DNA from: Anaeramoeba ignava BMAN
Taxonomy: Eukaryota; Protista; Anaeramoebae
Reading direction: 5' to 3'
NCBI GenBank assembly: GCA_028826165.1
Contig: JAPDFW010000136.1
Coordinates: 744,001-808,000 of the forward strand
Length of the DNA stretch: 64,000 bases
Made by a program: the position numbers and the translations under genes. The notes beneath the pieces are model-generated. The model was not told where the DNA came from, did no database searches, and saw only the letters and a list, made by a program, of their open reading frames with translations. Below are positions 1 to 13,925 of the stretch, piece after piece; within the stretch, counting starts at the first letter, position 1; each line of letters opens with the position of its first letter.

Positions 1-780
1 TTTATTAAAATATTTATTCCACTTTTTAATATATTTTATTATAATTAAAATTGGAATAATAAATAATCAAAAATATTAATATAATAAATAAAAATATTAT
101 ATCAAATTAAAATTAAAATAAATTTAAATTAAATTATTATTAAATATTATTAAAATTAAATATTTATCTTTATTAAAATATTTATTCCACTTTTTTATTA
201 AGAAAAATTGAATTATTTAAATAAATAATCAAAATATTAATAAAATAAATAAAAATATAATCAAATTTAAAATAAAATAAATTTAAATTAAATTATTTAT
301 TATTAAATATTTATATTTATTAAAATATTTCAATTTTCTTTTCAATTTTATTAAATTATTGAGAATAATTTTATATTATTTTAAATAAAGAAATATTAAT
401 AAAATATATAAAATATAATTAATTCTAAATTTAGTTATTTAATATTCTTTATTCCATTTTTGAAATAAATTAATGAAAACATTTTATAATTTTATTAAAT
501 TATTGAGAATAATTTTATATTATTTTAAATAAAAGAAATATTAATAAAATATATAAAATATAATTAATTTTTAGGGGAATTTATTTATTTAATATTCTTT
601 ATTCCATTTTTGAAATAAATTAATGAAAAGATTTTATCAATTTTATTAAATTATTTGAATTAGTTTATATTATTTTAAATAAAATTAAATATTAATAAAA
701 TATATAAAAAATAAATTAATTCTAAATTTAATTATTTAATATTCTTTATTCCATTTTGAAATCAAATTAAATAAAATATT
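1..780. repeat. AT-rich tandem repeats (~169-bp then ~148-150-bp units), inverted homologue of 13921-14700
   Basis: TTCCACTTTT recurs at ~17 and ~186; ATTCCATTTT at 451, 601 and ~748. Positions 2-60 match the reverse complement of 14642-14700. Confidence 0.85.
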
Positions 781-1039
781 TTTTAATTGAAAGAAAAGAA
801 AAATAATATAAATTTCCAAAATTAAAATTAAAATTAAAATTAAAGTGAAAAATCAAAATCGTAAATTAAAATTAAGATTATAGTGAATCAAAAGTAATAA
901 AATTTCAAATATAAAATTAAAAAATTAAAATAAAATTAAAGATTAAAATTCAAATTACACAAGAAATAATTAATGAAATTCAAATTAAAATTGAAAATTT
1001 TAAAATTAAATCAAACAAAAAATAAAATTAAAATTAAAA

Positions 1040-1192
1040 ATTTAAAATTAAAATTAAAATTAAAATTAAAATTAAAATTAAAATTAAAATTAAAATTAAA
1101 ATTAAAATTAAAATTAAAATTAAAATTAAAATTAAAATTAAAATTAAAATTAAAATTAAAATTAAAATTAAAATTAAAATTAAAATTAAAAT
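1040..1192. repeat. (AAAATT)n hexamer microsatellite
   Basis: Perfect AAAATT run; produces the spurious poly-KL ORF 973-1236. Confidence 0.95.
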
Positions 1193-1288
1193 TCCAAAAT
1201 TTTATTTTTCATTTTTTCATTTTTCAATTTTTTTAAAAAAAAAAAGGAAAATTAATTTTTTAACATTTTTTTAATAAAAAAAGAGAAT

Positions 1289-4200
1289 ATGAATATGAAT
1301 ATGAATATGAATAAAATTCCAAAACAGTTTAAATTAAAGAAATACAATAAATTTTTAAGAAAACAAGCAAACACACAAATTGGTTTGATTTTTGGAGATA
1401 AAAAAAGTTCAGATTTTAAAATTTATTGTGGAAAAGATCAGGTTATGATTCCTTGTCACAAATTAATTTTAGAAGCTCGTTCAAAATATTTTATGATAAT
1501 AAAAAAAGAGAACCAAACAAATACAATCCATTTTAATAATTTTAGCTCAGAAATTGTCAAACCAATAATTAAATTTTTTTATAACGGAAAATTTAAATTT
1601 GATAAACAAAAATTTGATGAATATTTTAATTTTGCGAAGAAAATCAAATCAAGAGAAATTCAAACAAAAATTGAACTTGAAATTGAATCGATTTTGAATG
1701 TGGAAAATATTGTGGAAATTTATTTTAAAACCCAAAAAATTAATTCACAAAATCTTTATCAAATTTGTCAGCAATTCATTTCAGAAAATTTTGAATCGAT
1801 CATTTCAAATCCAAATTTCAAAACCAAATTGAATCAAAACCAAATCAATGATTTTATCGTGTTAATTGATTCAAACCACGAAATCAAAAACAACAAAAAA
1901 ATTATTCAATTAATTCAATCCAAAAAAGAAGATGATGAAAAATTCTTTCCAAAAGATTTTTTAAGCATGGTATAAATAAAAAAAAACAAAAGCAAATCCA
2001 AATAATCTTAAAATTCCTCAAAAAAACAAAAAAAAGGAAAAAATTGAACAACAAAAAGAGAAAGAATTTTTTACAAGTTTTCCAAATGGAGAGGAACTTT
2101 TTAAAATTTGGCAAGAAATTATATCAACATCTTACATTGAAGTAAAAAAAAACAAACAAAAAGAAAAACAAAAAGATATTTAAATTAAATCTTTTTGTTT
2201 TAGATTGATGAAAAAATTGTAGAATTTTGCTTATTATTCCAAGATTCATTCCAAAAATGGAACCCATTTCAAACAAAAGCAAATCCAAATGAAAATGGAG
2301 CACAATCTGAAAAATATTTTGATTTGCAAGAAATTGATGAAGGAATTAGTAAAAAAGAGGCACACTCAATAAAATTTATTCTTTTCATGATTAGTTTATT
2401 CACTTATTCAAAAGATCTCATCAAACGTAATTTAGGATTTAATATAGAATTTAATTTAATTTAATTTAATTTAATTTTGATCTGAAAAAAAAAAATCCCA
2501 AAAAATAGAAATGATACAAAAAGAAAATCAAAACCAAAATAAAAAAGAAAATATTCAAGGACACAAATACTTGATTTCTTTATCAATAATTGCCATTCTT
2601 TCCAAATCAAAATTTAATAGACAAAATTTATGTCAGAATAGAATTTTTCAAATTATCCAAGATTTATTGGAAATTACGAAACATCTTTTTAAGTTAATGG
2701 AAAATTTTAGAGTAAAAGAAAAACACAAATTCCTTTTTAATTCCTCTTTTTTTTAATTCCTCTTTCAAAAAAAAAGAAAAAGAAAAAGAAATCAAATCTT
2801 TCGCTTTCAATTTATTATTTAATGGAAATTCAATTTATTCTTTTAGGAATTATGGAAATTTTAAATCAGTATTTCAGAGAAAGACAACTTTTGCCAAATC
2901 AAGAAATCATTGAATCATTTAAACAAACAAGCATAATTCCGTTATTGATTGGTAAATTTAAAGTCAATTTCTATTTAAAATGAATTATTTATCCAGTTTT
3001 CATTATTTACAATAAATAGACTGCTTTGAATTCAATTTAAAACTCAGGAAAGTCTATTTTTTCACAACAAAGCAAATGGGAATCGTATTGAAATTACTGG
3101 AAATGTTTGAAAACTTTTATAGATTAAATTTATTAAAAGAAAAAGAAAAAATTGATTTAGTTTTGCTTTTGTTACCCTTTTTCCAACCTCCAAATTTATC
3201 CTCAACTCTCCCAAATATTGGATTTGAAATCAAAGAGGGAAATGAAAATGAAAAGGAGAATCGAATTGAAATTGAAGATGTTTTCGAGACTAATTATTTT
3301 ATGTTTGATCCAAAAATCAAAAAACGAGAAAATCCTTTCATTTTACAAAATTTCAGAACTCTCAAACCAAATTTAGTTCTTCTTGAATTTGATTTTCGTT
3401 CCAATATTTTCCAATTTCTCACTCAAGTGATTGAAGAAGAAAATATAAGTGATCAAATTATAAACAATAACAGGATTTCTTATATTGGGGATTTTATTCT
3501 TTGGATTTCTTATTATCTCAAACCAAAGTTATCAAAAAAATGGACAGATTTGAAGAAGGAAATTGAAGAAAAGAAGCTTCATGAGAAAGAAACTGGAGAA
3601 ATGCAAACACAAACAGAGAAAGAAGTCCAAATCACGAACCCAAAAAAAGTTTCGGAAATTAGATTATACAATAATTATTTTGATACAGTTTTCAATCATA
3701 TAAGAGACTTCCAATTCATTGAAAAATCAAGCCAAAATACATCATTACAAGAAAATCTCCAAAAAGAATTGGATAAATATAGCAATGAAACCCAAAACAA
3801 AGTCCATAATTTCAAAGAGAGATTAATTGTAATCTTTCTTGATTTATTCAAAAATCCAGAAAACAAAGAAACAGAAACAGAAACAGAAACAAACCCTTAT
3901 TTAATTCATATTTTGTCAAACGAAAAAATTATTAAAATCCAAAAATTTATCAAAAAATTTTATCCTCAACTTCAAATGTATATTTTAATAGAGTTGAAAA
4001 AAATGATAATTACTGGAAATGATCAAGAAACACTGAAATTTTTCCAAGAAAATGGAGGATGGGAAATCTTTTTTTCCGATTACTTTATCAGAAGAAATTT
4101 AATCAATTTAGATGTAAAAACAAAAAAAAACAACAACAAATCTTTTTTTTTTTTTTTGTCTCATTTCTTATTTTTCTTCAAATTATTTTTATTATCAATT

Positions 4201-7200
4201 AGATTGAAGAAAGGGAAAAGATTCACTTGGATGAAATGAATACAGATTTGCAAACATTATTGATTGATTTCATGTTTAATGTTCTTTTGAAATACCAGAA
4301 TCATTTTGATTATGGATTCTTATTTGACCAAATTTCCAAAAACACAAATATCAGATCCAATTTGTTTTTATTGAATCGATTTTTAGAAATGATAATTGAA
4401 CTTATCAAAACAAACCCTCAAGTATCATCCAACAAAATCATTGAAATTGCAGGATTCAGAGAAATTCAAGAAATTTTATCGCATTCAATCAAAGAAAGAC
4501 ATAATCAAACAATTGCATTATGCCTAGATATTTTGGATCTATCATTCCAAAACGCAGATATTGAAGTTATTTTCGGAAATGAAGACACTATCAACGTTTT
4601 GATGAAATTATTTGAAAACAAACTGAACCAAAAAATTCCTTTCGTTTATGTTCCAAAAATCCTGGAGAATGCTAAAAATGGGGAAAATGAAAATCAGCTC
4701 ATTTTCTACTTAATTCAGAAAATTCTTTTCCTGTGCCAAAAAATAAGTTCAAATCAAAACAACCAAGAGAAAAATAATGCAATTGAACTTCATGTTGTGG
4801 AAGAATTTTTTGCAAAATGCTCAGAATCCATTTCACGCAATCGAGAGGTTATTCAAAACATATTTTTGAATCCGAATCTGTTTTTCATTTTCCAATCTTT
4901 GCTGAATGACAAAGAACAAAACACAACCTATCTCATTTTATCCCTTTTGCAAGAAATTATCAGAAACAATCAAACGCTGATCGATGAACTCTATCAGATA
5001 ATTCCAATACCAGAATTTATCACAATTCTTTATGAAACAGAAAAAGGAAAGCCAACAAAAAAGTTATTCCAAATTCTTTTAGATTTGATGATTGATAATG
5101 GGACATTTTCAATAGAAAACAATTTCATTATCAGAAACGAAAATATGATCAATGTGATTTTGGAACTTTATTCATATAATTTGAAACAAACCCAAAACGA
5201 AAATCAAGAGATTTCTTTTAGCGAAGTTTTGGGAATATTTAACACACTTTGTGAGAAATCACTCCATAATATTTATTGTTGTTGTCGGCAAAGAATCACT
5301 CCTTTATTACTTGAATTGATTCCCCAAATCCAAAACTTAAATTTATTCAACCAAAATATCCAGTTTATCGGAACACTTGGAGCACATCAAATTCTAGTTT
5401 CTGAAATGAAACAGTACTTTTGTGTGCTAAAAGATCAGCTACGAAACACCAAAAGAAACAAATTCTCCATGGCAATGCTCGTTGGATTACGAAAAATAAT
5501 CAACCAAAATTCAGAACAAAACGAAACAACACCAAAAAATTTCTTTGATTTTTATGAAGAAAACTCAAATATCACACTTCCAACTTTCAAAAACAATTTC
5601 ATTTCCAAAAAATTCAGTTTTATCACTTGGATACGATTTGAAGATTTTCACATCAAAAATCCACATTCATTGCAAGAAAATGAAGAGAAAGATTATCGAA
5701 CTAAAATATTTAGTTTTTTGACAGAAGATTCACAAGGTATCCAGTTATTTGCGGAATTTAGTAACAAAAACGAAAAACTTGAATCACTTATCTACCAAAT
5801 TTCCTCAAATCAAGAAAAAGAAATTATTGAAAAAAGGTTTCATTTCCAAATTGAATTTAAGAAATGGTTTTTGTTTGTTTTCACACAAAAATACAAAAAA
5901 TCCAATTCACAATGCGAAATTTCAATTTCTCTCGATGAAAATCAAACAATCACAAAGAAAATCATGCTACCAAGAAAAATAGGAAATCAAAAATCCTTTA
6001 TTCGAAATGAAATTGGTTCAAACTTCTCATTTTCTGATAATCAAAAAAGCCCAAATCCAAAATCTTTTTTTGGGCAAATGGGAACAATTTATCTTTTCCA
6101 GGAATTCCTTAATCACAAAAAAGCTAAAGCAATTCATTTTCTTGGACCAAACTACAATTCCTTTTTCTATGAAAGCGAATTTTTCAAGTATTCCAATCCA
6201 GCAATCGAGAAAGAATTGAAAGAAATTTTCAATGGGAAGTTAACCCAAAAAATCACCAATTATTATAACCCAAAAGAGATGAAAGAAAATTTGTTTTTAA
6301 ATCACTCTCCAATGACCATAATCAAAGAAAATTCACAATCACACAAAATCTATTCCTTTTCAAAAACCAATTTCCAAGATATTGCTTCTTGTTTAGGAGG
6401 AGTTGAAATCTTTTTTTATCTAATTTTTGAAATTGATGAATTGTTTGAAGAAGAAAATTTCGAAATGAATAATGTAATTGCAAATCCAACTGAAACGGAA
6501 ACGCAAGCAAAAGTATTTTTTGAAGAGTTATTAAAAATAATGCAAGATATTTTACTAAATGATTCAAATTTGCAAAAAGAGATGATCCAAAAGGATGGAT
6601 TTTCAATATTAAACAATATCCTCAAGTCAATCAATTCAAAATATTTTTCAAAACAATTATATCATCTCATCAAGAATTTGCAAGAAAAAATCCAAAATGA
6701 TGAATTCCAAATACAACTTAAAAACCAATTAATTTTTGATTTCCACATTTGGAAAAATTTCAGTTTTGAAATCCAGAAAAAAATCATTTCTAAAAATGAA
6801 AATGAAAATCAAAATATCACAATTTTTGATTTGTTGGTTATACTATATTACTATGATGAATCTTTAAATAAAATTCAGCAATCAAATTCTCCTCCGCAAA
6901 ATGAGGATGATCCGAAAAAGAAAATTGAGGAATCATCTCAAAACTTGTTTTCTATGATTGAAATTCTTCTTGACAAAATTGAAAATTATGAATCCACAAC
7001 AAAATATCTCCAATCTTTGATTTCGACATGCTTTCTTTTCCAAACAAAAGACTTTGTTGAAAAAATGCTTAAGTTTCTTTTCGAATTCCTAAGCAAAATG
7101 AAGAAGCAGAATAAGACTCAATTATTCACAGTTAAATTATACGAACCACTAATCCAATTAATGAAGGAAAACAAAATGAACACAAAATTAATTTGTTTTG

Positions 7201-10200
7201 GACTTGAAATTATCCATTTGATTGATGCTTCTCTGAATATAAATGAGGAAAAGAATCAAATATTGGCAAACACAAGAGAATTTGAAATGAGTAAATTGGA
7301 GCATTTTTATCCTTTGATTCACAAGATACTGGCCAATAGCATAAATAAGATTCCAAAGCAAGTTGTTGATATCCTTTTCAAAATGATTTATGGAAATGGA
7401 AATGATCGATCGAAACCCTCTATTATCCAAAACCCTTTTATTTTAGCAACAATCACTGAAATTGTTGATTGCTTTCCAGATTTAGTAGATATCATCCATT
7501 TCCACAAATTATTCTATTTAATAGCAGAAAATGATTCGAATAAGGAAAAAATGCTCTCAAAATTTGGATGGCAAAAATGGTTTGCATCTTTATTAAACTT
7601 CACCCAAGCAGACCAAGAAGAAAAAAACGAAGACGAAAATCGAAAGAGACAAAATCAACATGACGTTAATGAAATTATCTTCAGCACCCTTAATCTATTA
7701 TTTATTTATTCTTTCTATAACACTTCATACAACTTCCCCAAAATGTTTGAGCAATTTCTTTCATCCGTTTATTTAGTTCATTTTTCAGCAGCAAACAAAC
7801 AAACCATTCCCAACATAATCGAGAGAATAATAAGTGATATTATTGAGGATCTGAATATAAACTTAAAAGTGGAAATCGATATCAACAACCAATCCTCATT
7901 CACATCAACAATACTTCTCACATCAAATTCAAGCATCTCAAAAGAACATTTTTCCAAAAATTTGTTTTATCTAATCAACGTGTTGAATGGGATGGTCTTC
8001 AATCTATCCAAAAATCAGTTTGAATTTACAAAAACAGAAAAAAAACAGCAAATACAGATCATTCAAACAAAGGTTTCAAAACATTTTACAGCACCTCTCA
8101 AAAGCAAAAAATCTATTCAAAATATGAACTTACCACCACAGGAACAAAACTTAAAGAACATTTTCGAAGTGAAATTTGATTCAGTTAAGAAAGGCAAAAT
8201 TTTGAAAAATTTGCTTTTGATTTTGGACAAAATTGAGTTTTTCAAAGAGAAGACAATCCAATTCAAAAGTAAAGACGAACAAAGAATAATCTTCAAAATT
8301 ATCATTTTCTTGATTATCGCATCCATTCCACAATCAGATATCAAATTGAGTAATTTTCTCCTTTCAAAGCTAAATCAGATGATTAGCGAACAATTAAATT
8401 TCAAATCTTCATCCATCCAGAATGCACAAGAGCTAATCTCGATCTGCTTTTCCTTTTTCTTTTCTTGCATTCAAAATGAAGACCACATTTCAGATGAAAA
8501 CGAAAACCATCACAAAGCCAAAAGAAATCTTCTATTAACATATCTGCAAATGATTATGCAAGAAAATTACAATTTCCTATTTGGGTTGTTTTCAATCCAA
8601 AACAAAAAGCAAAAACTGCTTTCTCGAAAACCCAAAAATTCGTTTGTTTTTTCAAGTAAAAATATCCAAGAATTCGAAAAAGAATTGATGAAAGATCAAT
8701 GGAAAAGCGCAGCAAATCGTGTTTTCTTCCCAATAAATGAAAAGATTTCGCGAGATATCCAAGAAAACGAAAAAGAGTTTATCAAAATTCAATCGAGCAA
8801 CACCTTTCATATGGAAGAATTATTCAATAAAGAATTTCAGGTGAAACAGAAGGAGATTGAATTAATTTCAAAGAAAATTGAAGGTGAAAAGCAAAGTCTC
8901 ATTTTGCAAGAAAAACAAAGAAAATTGGAAACAGAAATGAACCAAAAAAATCATTTGAGCTATATACAAAAATTTCAAAACAATGATTGATAATTCGATT
9001 ATCGGGAAATATCCTTGGAGTGTAAACGAAATTAGTGTTTTGGATAAGGAATTCAGCAAACAGCAATATTATGCCAAACTTTCTGGAATTGAGGACGAAA
9101 TGAGAAGACAAAAAAAATTAAAGTTTTATTCAAAAAATCAAAATCAACATCAAAATCAAAATCAAAATGAAAAAAGAAGGAATTTGATAAAAGTAAATCA
9201 ACGATTTCACTCAAAAATAATTGAAATTTCAGATCAATTAACACAAAGTGAAAGTGAAAATGAAAATTTAAATTTAAATGAAAAGGAAAAGGAAAAGGAA
9301 AAGGACAAAAAAAGGGAAAGATTCAAGCGATTAGTCATTTTATTTTCAAAACAATGCGAGATGATTTCGAAAACCAAAATAACAAAAGGAAAATTACAAA
9401 TTACAGAAAACTCCATTAATTTCTTTGTGAATTTTGATTTAAAGAAAGAAGAAAAAGTAAAAGATTATTTGTGGAAAATTGAAACAATCAAGTTAATCCA
9501 TAAAAGAAGATATCTTTTCAAACATTCGGCGTTGGAAATATTTTTTGAAAACAACAGAAAATACGTCTTTTTGAATTTCCAGACAATGGAAGATCGAAAC
9601 GAAATTTATGAAAGAATTCAAAAACATAGATTAGCCAATATCGATCTATCCAGTTTTAACTATTTTGGAAATGATCCGACTAAATGGATTGAAAAAACCC
9701 AGATGACAAAAAAATGGCAAGAAAGAAAAATATCAAATTTCGAATATATCATGTATCTAAACACAATATCAGGAAGAACATATCACGATATTTCGCAATA
9801 CCCCATTTTCCCATGGATAATTTCAGATTACGAATCGGAAAAAATAGATCTTAACAATATAGATGTATTTAGGGATTTATCAAAGCCAATAGGGATGCAG
9901 TATAACAAGATCATGTATTACTATGAGAATTATGAAATAAATGGAAAGCAAGTAGAATTTGAGTTCAATTACCAAAAGTATTATTCGAATCCAGAAATTG
10001 TTACATCGTATTTGGCAAGATTGGAGCCATTTACTTCAATCTGTTTAAAAGAAAAGTATCCAATATTCAAATCAATTCCTGAAACATGGCAACAAATCAA
10101 AGAGCAGAATAGCCTCGATTTTAATGGCGAGCTTATCCCAGAATTTTTCCATTTACCAGATTTCTTAAGAAAACCCAATATATTTCAACAAAATGAAAAT

Positions 10201-11568
10201 GAAAATGAAAAATTGATTTTAAACAAAATTGAAGATGTCGAGCTTCCAAAATGGGCGAAAACACCAGAAGAATTCATTCGAATACAAAAAGAAGCGCTTG
10301 AAGCAGAATATGTTTCAGAGAATCTTGATTACTGGATTGATTTGATATTTGGGTATAAGCAAAAAGGAAAAGAATCTAAGAATGTGCTGAACGTCTTCCA
10401 TCCAAGTTTGTATGAGGAAAATATTGATTTTTCAAAACTAGAACAAATGCAAAAAGAAATCCAAAGAAAAGGACAGATTCCAATCCAATTATTCACACAA
10501 AAGCATCCAAAAAGATTAAAAACAAAGGAACTTCAACAAAAAATTGTTTCATTTTTTGGATGGAAAAATATTTTGTCATCATCAAAATTTATCCATTTGA
10601 CTAAATTAGGGATGCATTCAAATCCAGTTATTTTTACTATTTTCCAAGAAAGTGGAGATGCGCTAATGATTCTCGGAAGCTCTGATAAAATTGTTACAAT
10701 TGATAAAGAAGGAATTATCCAAAAGCACACATTTTCCTTATTTGATTCAAACTCCAAAAACCAAGGCTTTAATTGCGCATTGGAAAAAAAATTGAAAGAG
10801 AAAATTGAGCTTTCCTTCTCAAAGAATTTCAATAATTTCCAAGAATCTATAGGAATTGACACAAATTCTAACTGTATTATTTGTTGTGGGTTTAGTGATA
10901 ATACTTTCAAATTTTTTCAATTTGACGGCTCTAAAATGGTTCAAAGTATTTCAAAACACAAAGATACTGTGAATTGCATATCAAATGATTCCAAATATAT
11001 TGTTACAGGATCAAGAGATACAACAGTAATTGTTTGGGAATTTGATTTAAAAGAAGGGAAAGTAAAAGAAATTCCAAAACATGTTTTTGAACATGAAAAA
11101 GAAGTTAAAAGTGTCGCAATATCCACTGAGTATGATATTGTTTTAAGTGGATCTATTGATGGGAAGTTAATATTCCATTCTTTAAACAAAGGAAAGCATA
11201 TCCAATCCATAATTCTATCAGATCAAAAACCAATTTCAATTATTCAAATCACCAAAGAAGGAAACATTATCACATTTTCAGAAAATTCCAATATTTTAAG
11301 ATTGTTTACAATTAATGGATATTTATTAAAAGAAGCTAAATGTTTACAAAATGTTTATTCCATTTCGATTACTCAAGATTCAAATTTTATTTTTTTAGGA
11401 GGAGAAAATGGAATTTTTGAAATTCGAAATTTATTTGATTTAAATCTTATTCAAAAAGTTGGTTTAGAAGCAAAAATTTATTCAATTTCAATAATTGAAA
11501 AATCATTTTTAATTATTTTTGGATTAGGAAATGGAGAAACTAAAATTGGTGAATTTATTTTGAAATGA
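1289..11568 (+). CDS. Multi-exon BEACH-domain protein (neurobeachin/LRBA/BchB-like): N-terminal BTB, ARM-like, ConA/LamG-like, PH, BEACH, WD40; one probable frameshift error near 8985
   Basis: ORF 8983-11568 has PH (IHKRRYLFKHSALEIF), BEACH (KWQERKISNFEYIMYLNTISGRTYHDISQYPIFPWIISDY, ELIPEFF, VELPKWA, WIDLIFGYKQKG) and WD40 (VTGSRDTTVIVW). ORF 4227-8990 has ConA-like FSFITWIRFE and FFGQMGTIYLF. GT-AG introns at ~1970-2036, ~2142-2204, ~2428-2508, ~2712-2847, ~2952-3019 and ~4114-4203 link these to the BTB ORF 1289-1975 (SDFKIYC..CHKLILEARSKYF). Confidence 0.85.
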
Positions 11569-11609
11569 GAAAACAATTTTAATTTTAAAAATGAATTTTA
11601 ATTTTAATT

Positions 11610-13399
11610 TTAATTTTGATTATTAAATTTGTTAATTAATAAATCAAATAAATTTGGATTTGTTTGATTTAATTGAAAATAATCAATTCCAATTTCAATT
11701 TCATCAATAATTTCTTTTGTAATTTTAATTCCTTCTTTAATTTGATTTGAATAAATCCAATATTCAAATATTTGAAATGATTTATTACTTAATTCACTAT
11801 AATCTGTAACTTTATTAGAAGTATCTTCAGTTACAGATAAAAACATTCCTCGATATAATTCACTTCTCATTATTAATATTAATTTAGGAAATTTATATTG
11901 TTTTTCTTTTCTTTCAATTATAAAATCTTTTTCATTTTCATTTAAATAAATTCTTTTCATTGTTTCTTCAATTTTTTCATTGTAATTTATAATTTCTTTA
12001 ATTTCAGAATATAATTTTGGATTTATTTTGGAATTGTTTGAATAAATCATTTCAAATATTTGATTTGATTCTTTAATTGATTTTTTTGAAATAATTTCTT
12101 GAAGTTTTTCATTTTGATTTTGATTTTTTTGATTTAATCTATATTTCAATATTAATTTATGAGCTTCAATTATTTCTCCATTTTCGGTTTTAAATGAAAT
12201 ATTACAAAATTCTTTTCTTCTAAATAAGTTTTATCAAATCTTCTTCAAGATTGGAAAAAGGAGGAGGAGAATAATAAAGAAATGATCTATTATCTCCACA
12301 AGAAATATGATAATTGGAAATTTCTTCATTAAATCTTAATTTAGGAAGTTCAATTTGAATTGGAATTGATTGATAATTTGTATCTTCAGTTCCTAATTGA
12401 CCATATAAATTATTTCCAAATCCAATAACTTTCCCTTTGGATGTTAAAATCAAATTATGTTCATCTCCAACAGAAAAATCAATAAAATTATCATTTTCTT
12501 CAAATAAAGATGATTTGATTTCAGTAAATTCATAAGTATTTTTATTTTTGCCAAGTCCATTATATAGATAATTTCCACATGAATAAAGTTTTCTTTTTCC
12601 ATTTTCATTTTCATTTTCAATCAACATTATTGAATGAAAATATCCACATTGAATATCAATTATTTTGCCTTTTGGAATATTTTGTATTTGGGTTAATTTT
12701 TGGATTTTTATTTCTTTTCTTGATTCTCCTAATCCAATTTGACCATATACATTGTATCCGCATCCAAATAATTCTTGATTTGAATTTAAAAGAAAAACAC
12801 AACTTGAATAATTTCCTGAAAGTATTTTAGAAACATTTTTCATCATTAAAATTGGTTTTTTTGTTTTTTCAAGTGTTTCAGAATCAAAACCAAGTTGGTC
12901 ATATTGATTTAAACCAATTCCATAAGCATTTTGATTTGAAGTTAATAAATAAATTGATTGATATCCAGAAACAATATCTTGAATTATTCTATCATTTGTA
13001 TCTTCAATTAATGATGAAATATTGATAAATTCTTTTGGATTTTTCTGGATTAATATCATTTCCTTTAGCAAATACATTTCCTTCTTTTGTTAAAATAGCT
13101 TCATTTCCCCATCCAACAGTTACTTTTTGAATATTTTCTTCAATTTGGATTTTTTCAGGATTTTGATATGAATCGTTTTCATTTAAATATTCTATTGCTT
13201 TTCCATTTTCAAAAAGGAAAATTGTTGCAAAGCCTCCTGTTACAATTTGTTTAATTTGTTTTTCATTTTTATTTTCATTTTCATTTTCATTTTCATTTTC
13301 ATTTTCAAATTTAAATTGAATTGGTTTTGTTATTTCATCTGGTTTATTTTTTATAAGAATTGGATATTGATTCCAACCAAAAAATATAATTTCATTCAT
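11610..13399 (-). CDS. RCC1-repeat + tandem BTB protein, copy A (two frameshifts: sequencing error or pseudogene)
   Basis: ORFs 13004-13399, 12220-13077 and 11610-12149 join into a paralogue of intact 21575-23341 (GxNxxGQLG RCC1 motifs; EAHKLILKYR; FPKLILIMRSELYRGMF). Confidence 0.85.
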
Positions 13400-13437
13400 T
13401 TTTGAAAAGAAAAAAATGAAAAAAATAAATTTTGGAA

Positions 13438-13548
13438 TTTTAATTTTAATTTTAATTTTAATTTTAATTTTAATTTTAATTTTAATTTTAATTTTAATTT
13501 TAATTTTAATTTTAATTTTAATTTTAATTTTAATTTTAATTTTAATTT
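13438..13548. repeat. (AATTTT)n hexamer microsatellite
   Basis: Perfect run between RCC1-BTB copies. Confidence 0.95.
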
Positions 13549-13925
13549 TTATTTTATTTTCTGAATCTTTCTTTTTCTAAAAAAGGTTTTCTTTTCTTTT
13601 TTTGATTTTGAATTTTGATTATTAAATTTGTTAATTAATAAATCAAATAAATTTGGATTTGTTTCATTTAATTGAAAATAATCAATTCCTGTTTCGAATT
13701 TCATCAATTGTTTCTTGTGTAATTTGAATTTCATCTTTAATTTGATTTGAATAAATCCAATATTCAAATATTTGAAATGATTTATTACTTAATTCACTAT
13801 AATCTGTAACTTTATTAGATTTATCTTCTTTTACAGATAAAAACATTCCTCGATATAATTCACTTCTCATTATTAATATTAATTTTGGAAATTTATATTG
13901 TTTTTCTTTTCTTTCAATAATAAAA
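13549..13925 (-). pseudogene. 5'-truncated RCC1-BTB fragment (copy B; last BTB only)
   Basis: IIERKEKQYKFPKLILIMRSELYRGMF...NPNLFDLLINKFNNQN; the upstream part is replaced by satellite at ~13921. Confidence 0.85.

Noticed and set aside
568-578. TTTTAGGGG as telomeric seed or transposon end
   Set aside because: Single occurrence within a satellite unit; no partner TIR or array.
973-1236. Poly-KL ORF, and similar poly-NF/IL/LN/DLIL ORFs at 35887, 36219, 37022, 38496, 40046 and 59358
   Set aside because: Translations of stop-free hexamer/12-mer microsatellites.
8940-9000. Programmed frameshifting or pseudogenisation at ORF breaks (also ~12220, 13060, 16170, 29067, 55935, 58800, 60825, 62950)
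   Set aside because: Breaks are mostly single-base indels at or near homopolymers, including in conserved genes; long-read error is the simplest explanation, pending short-read polishing.
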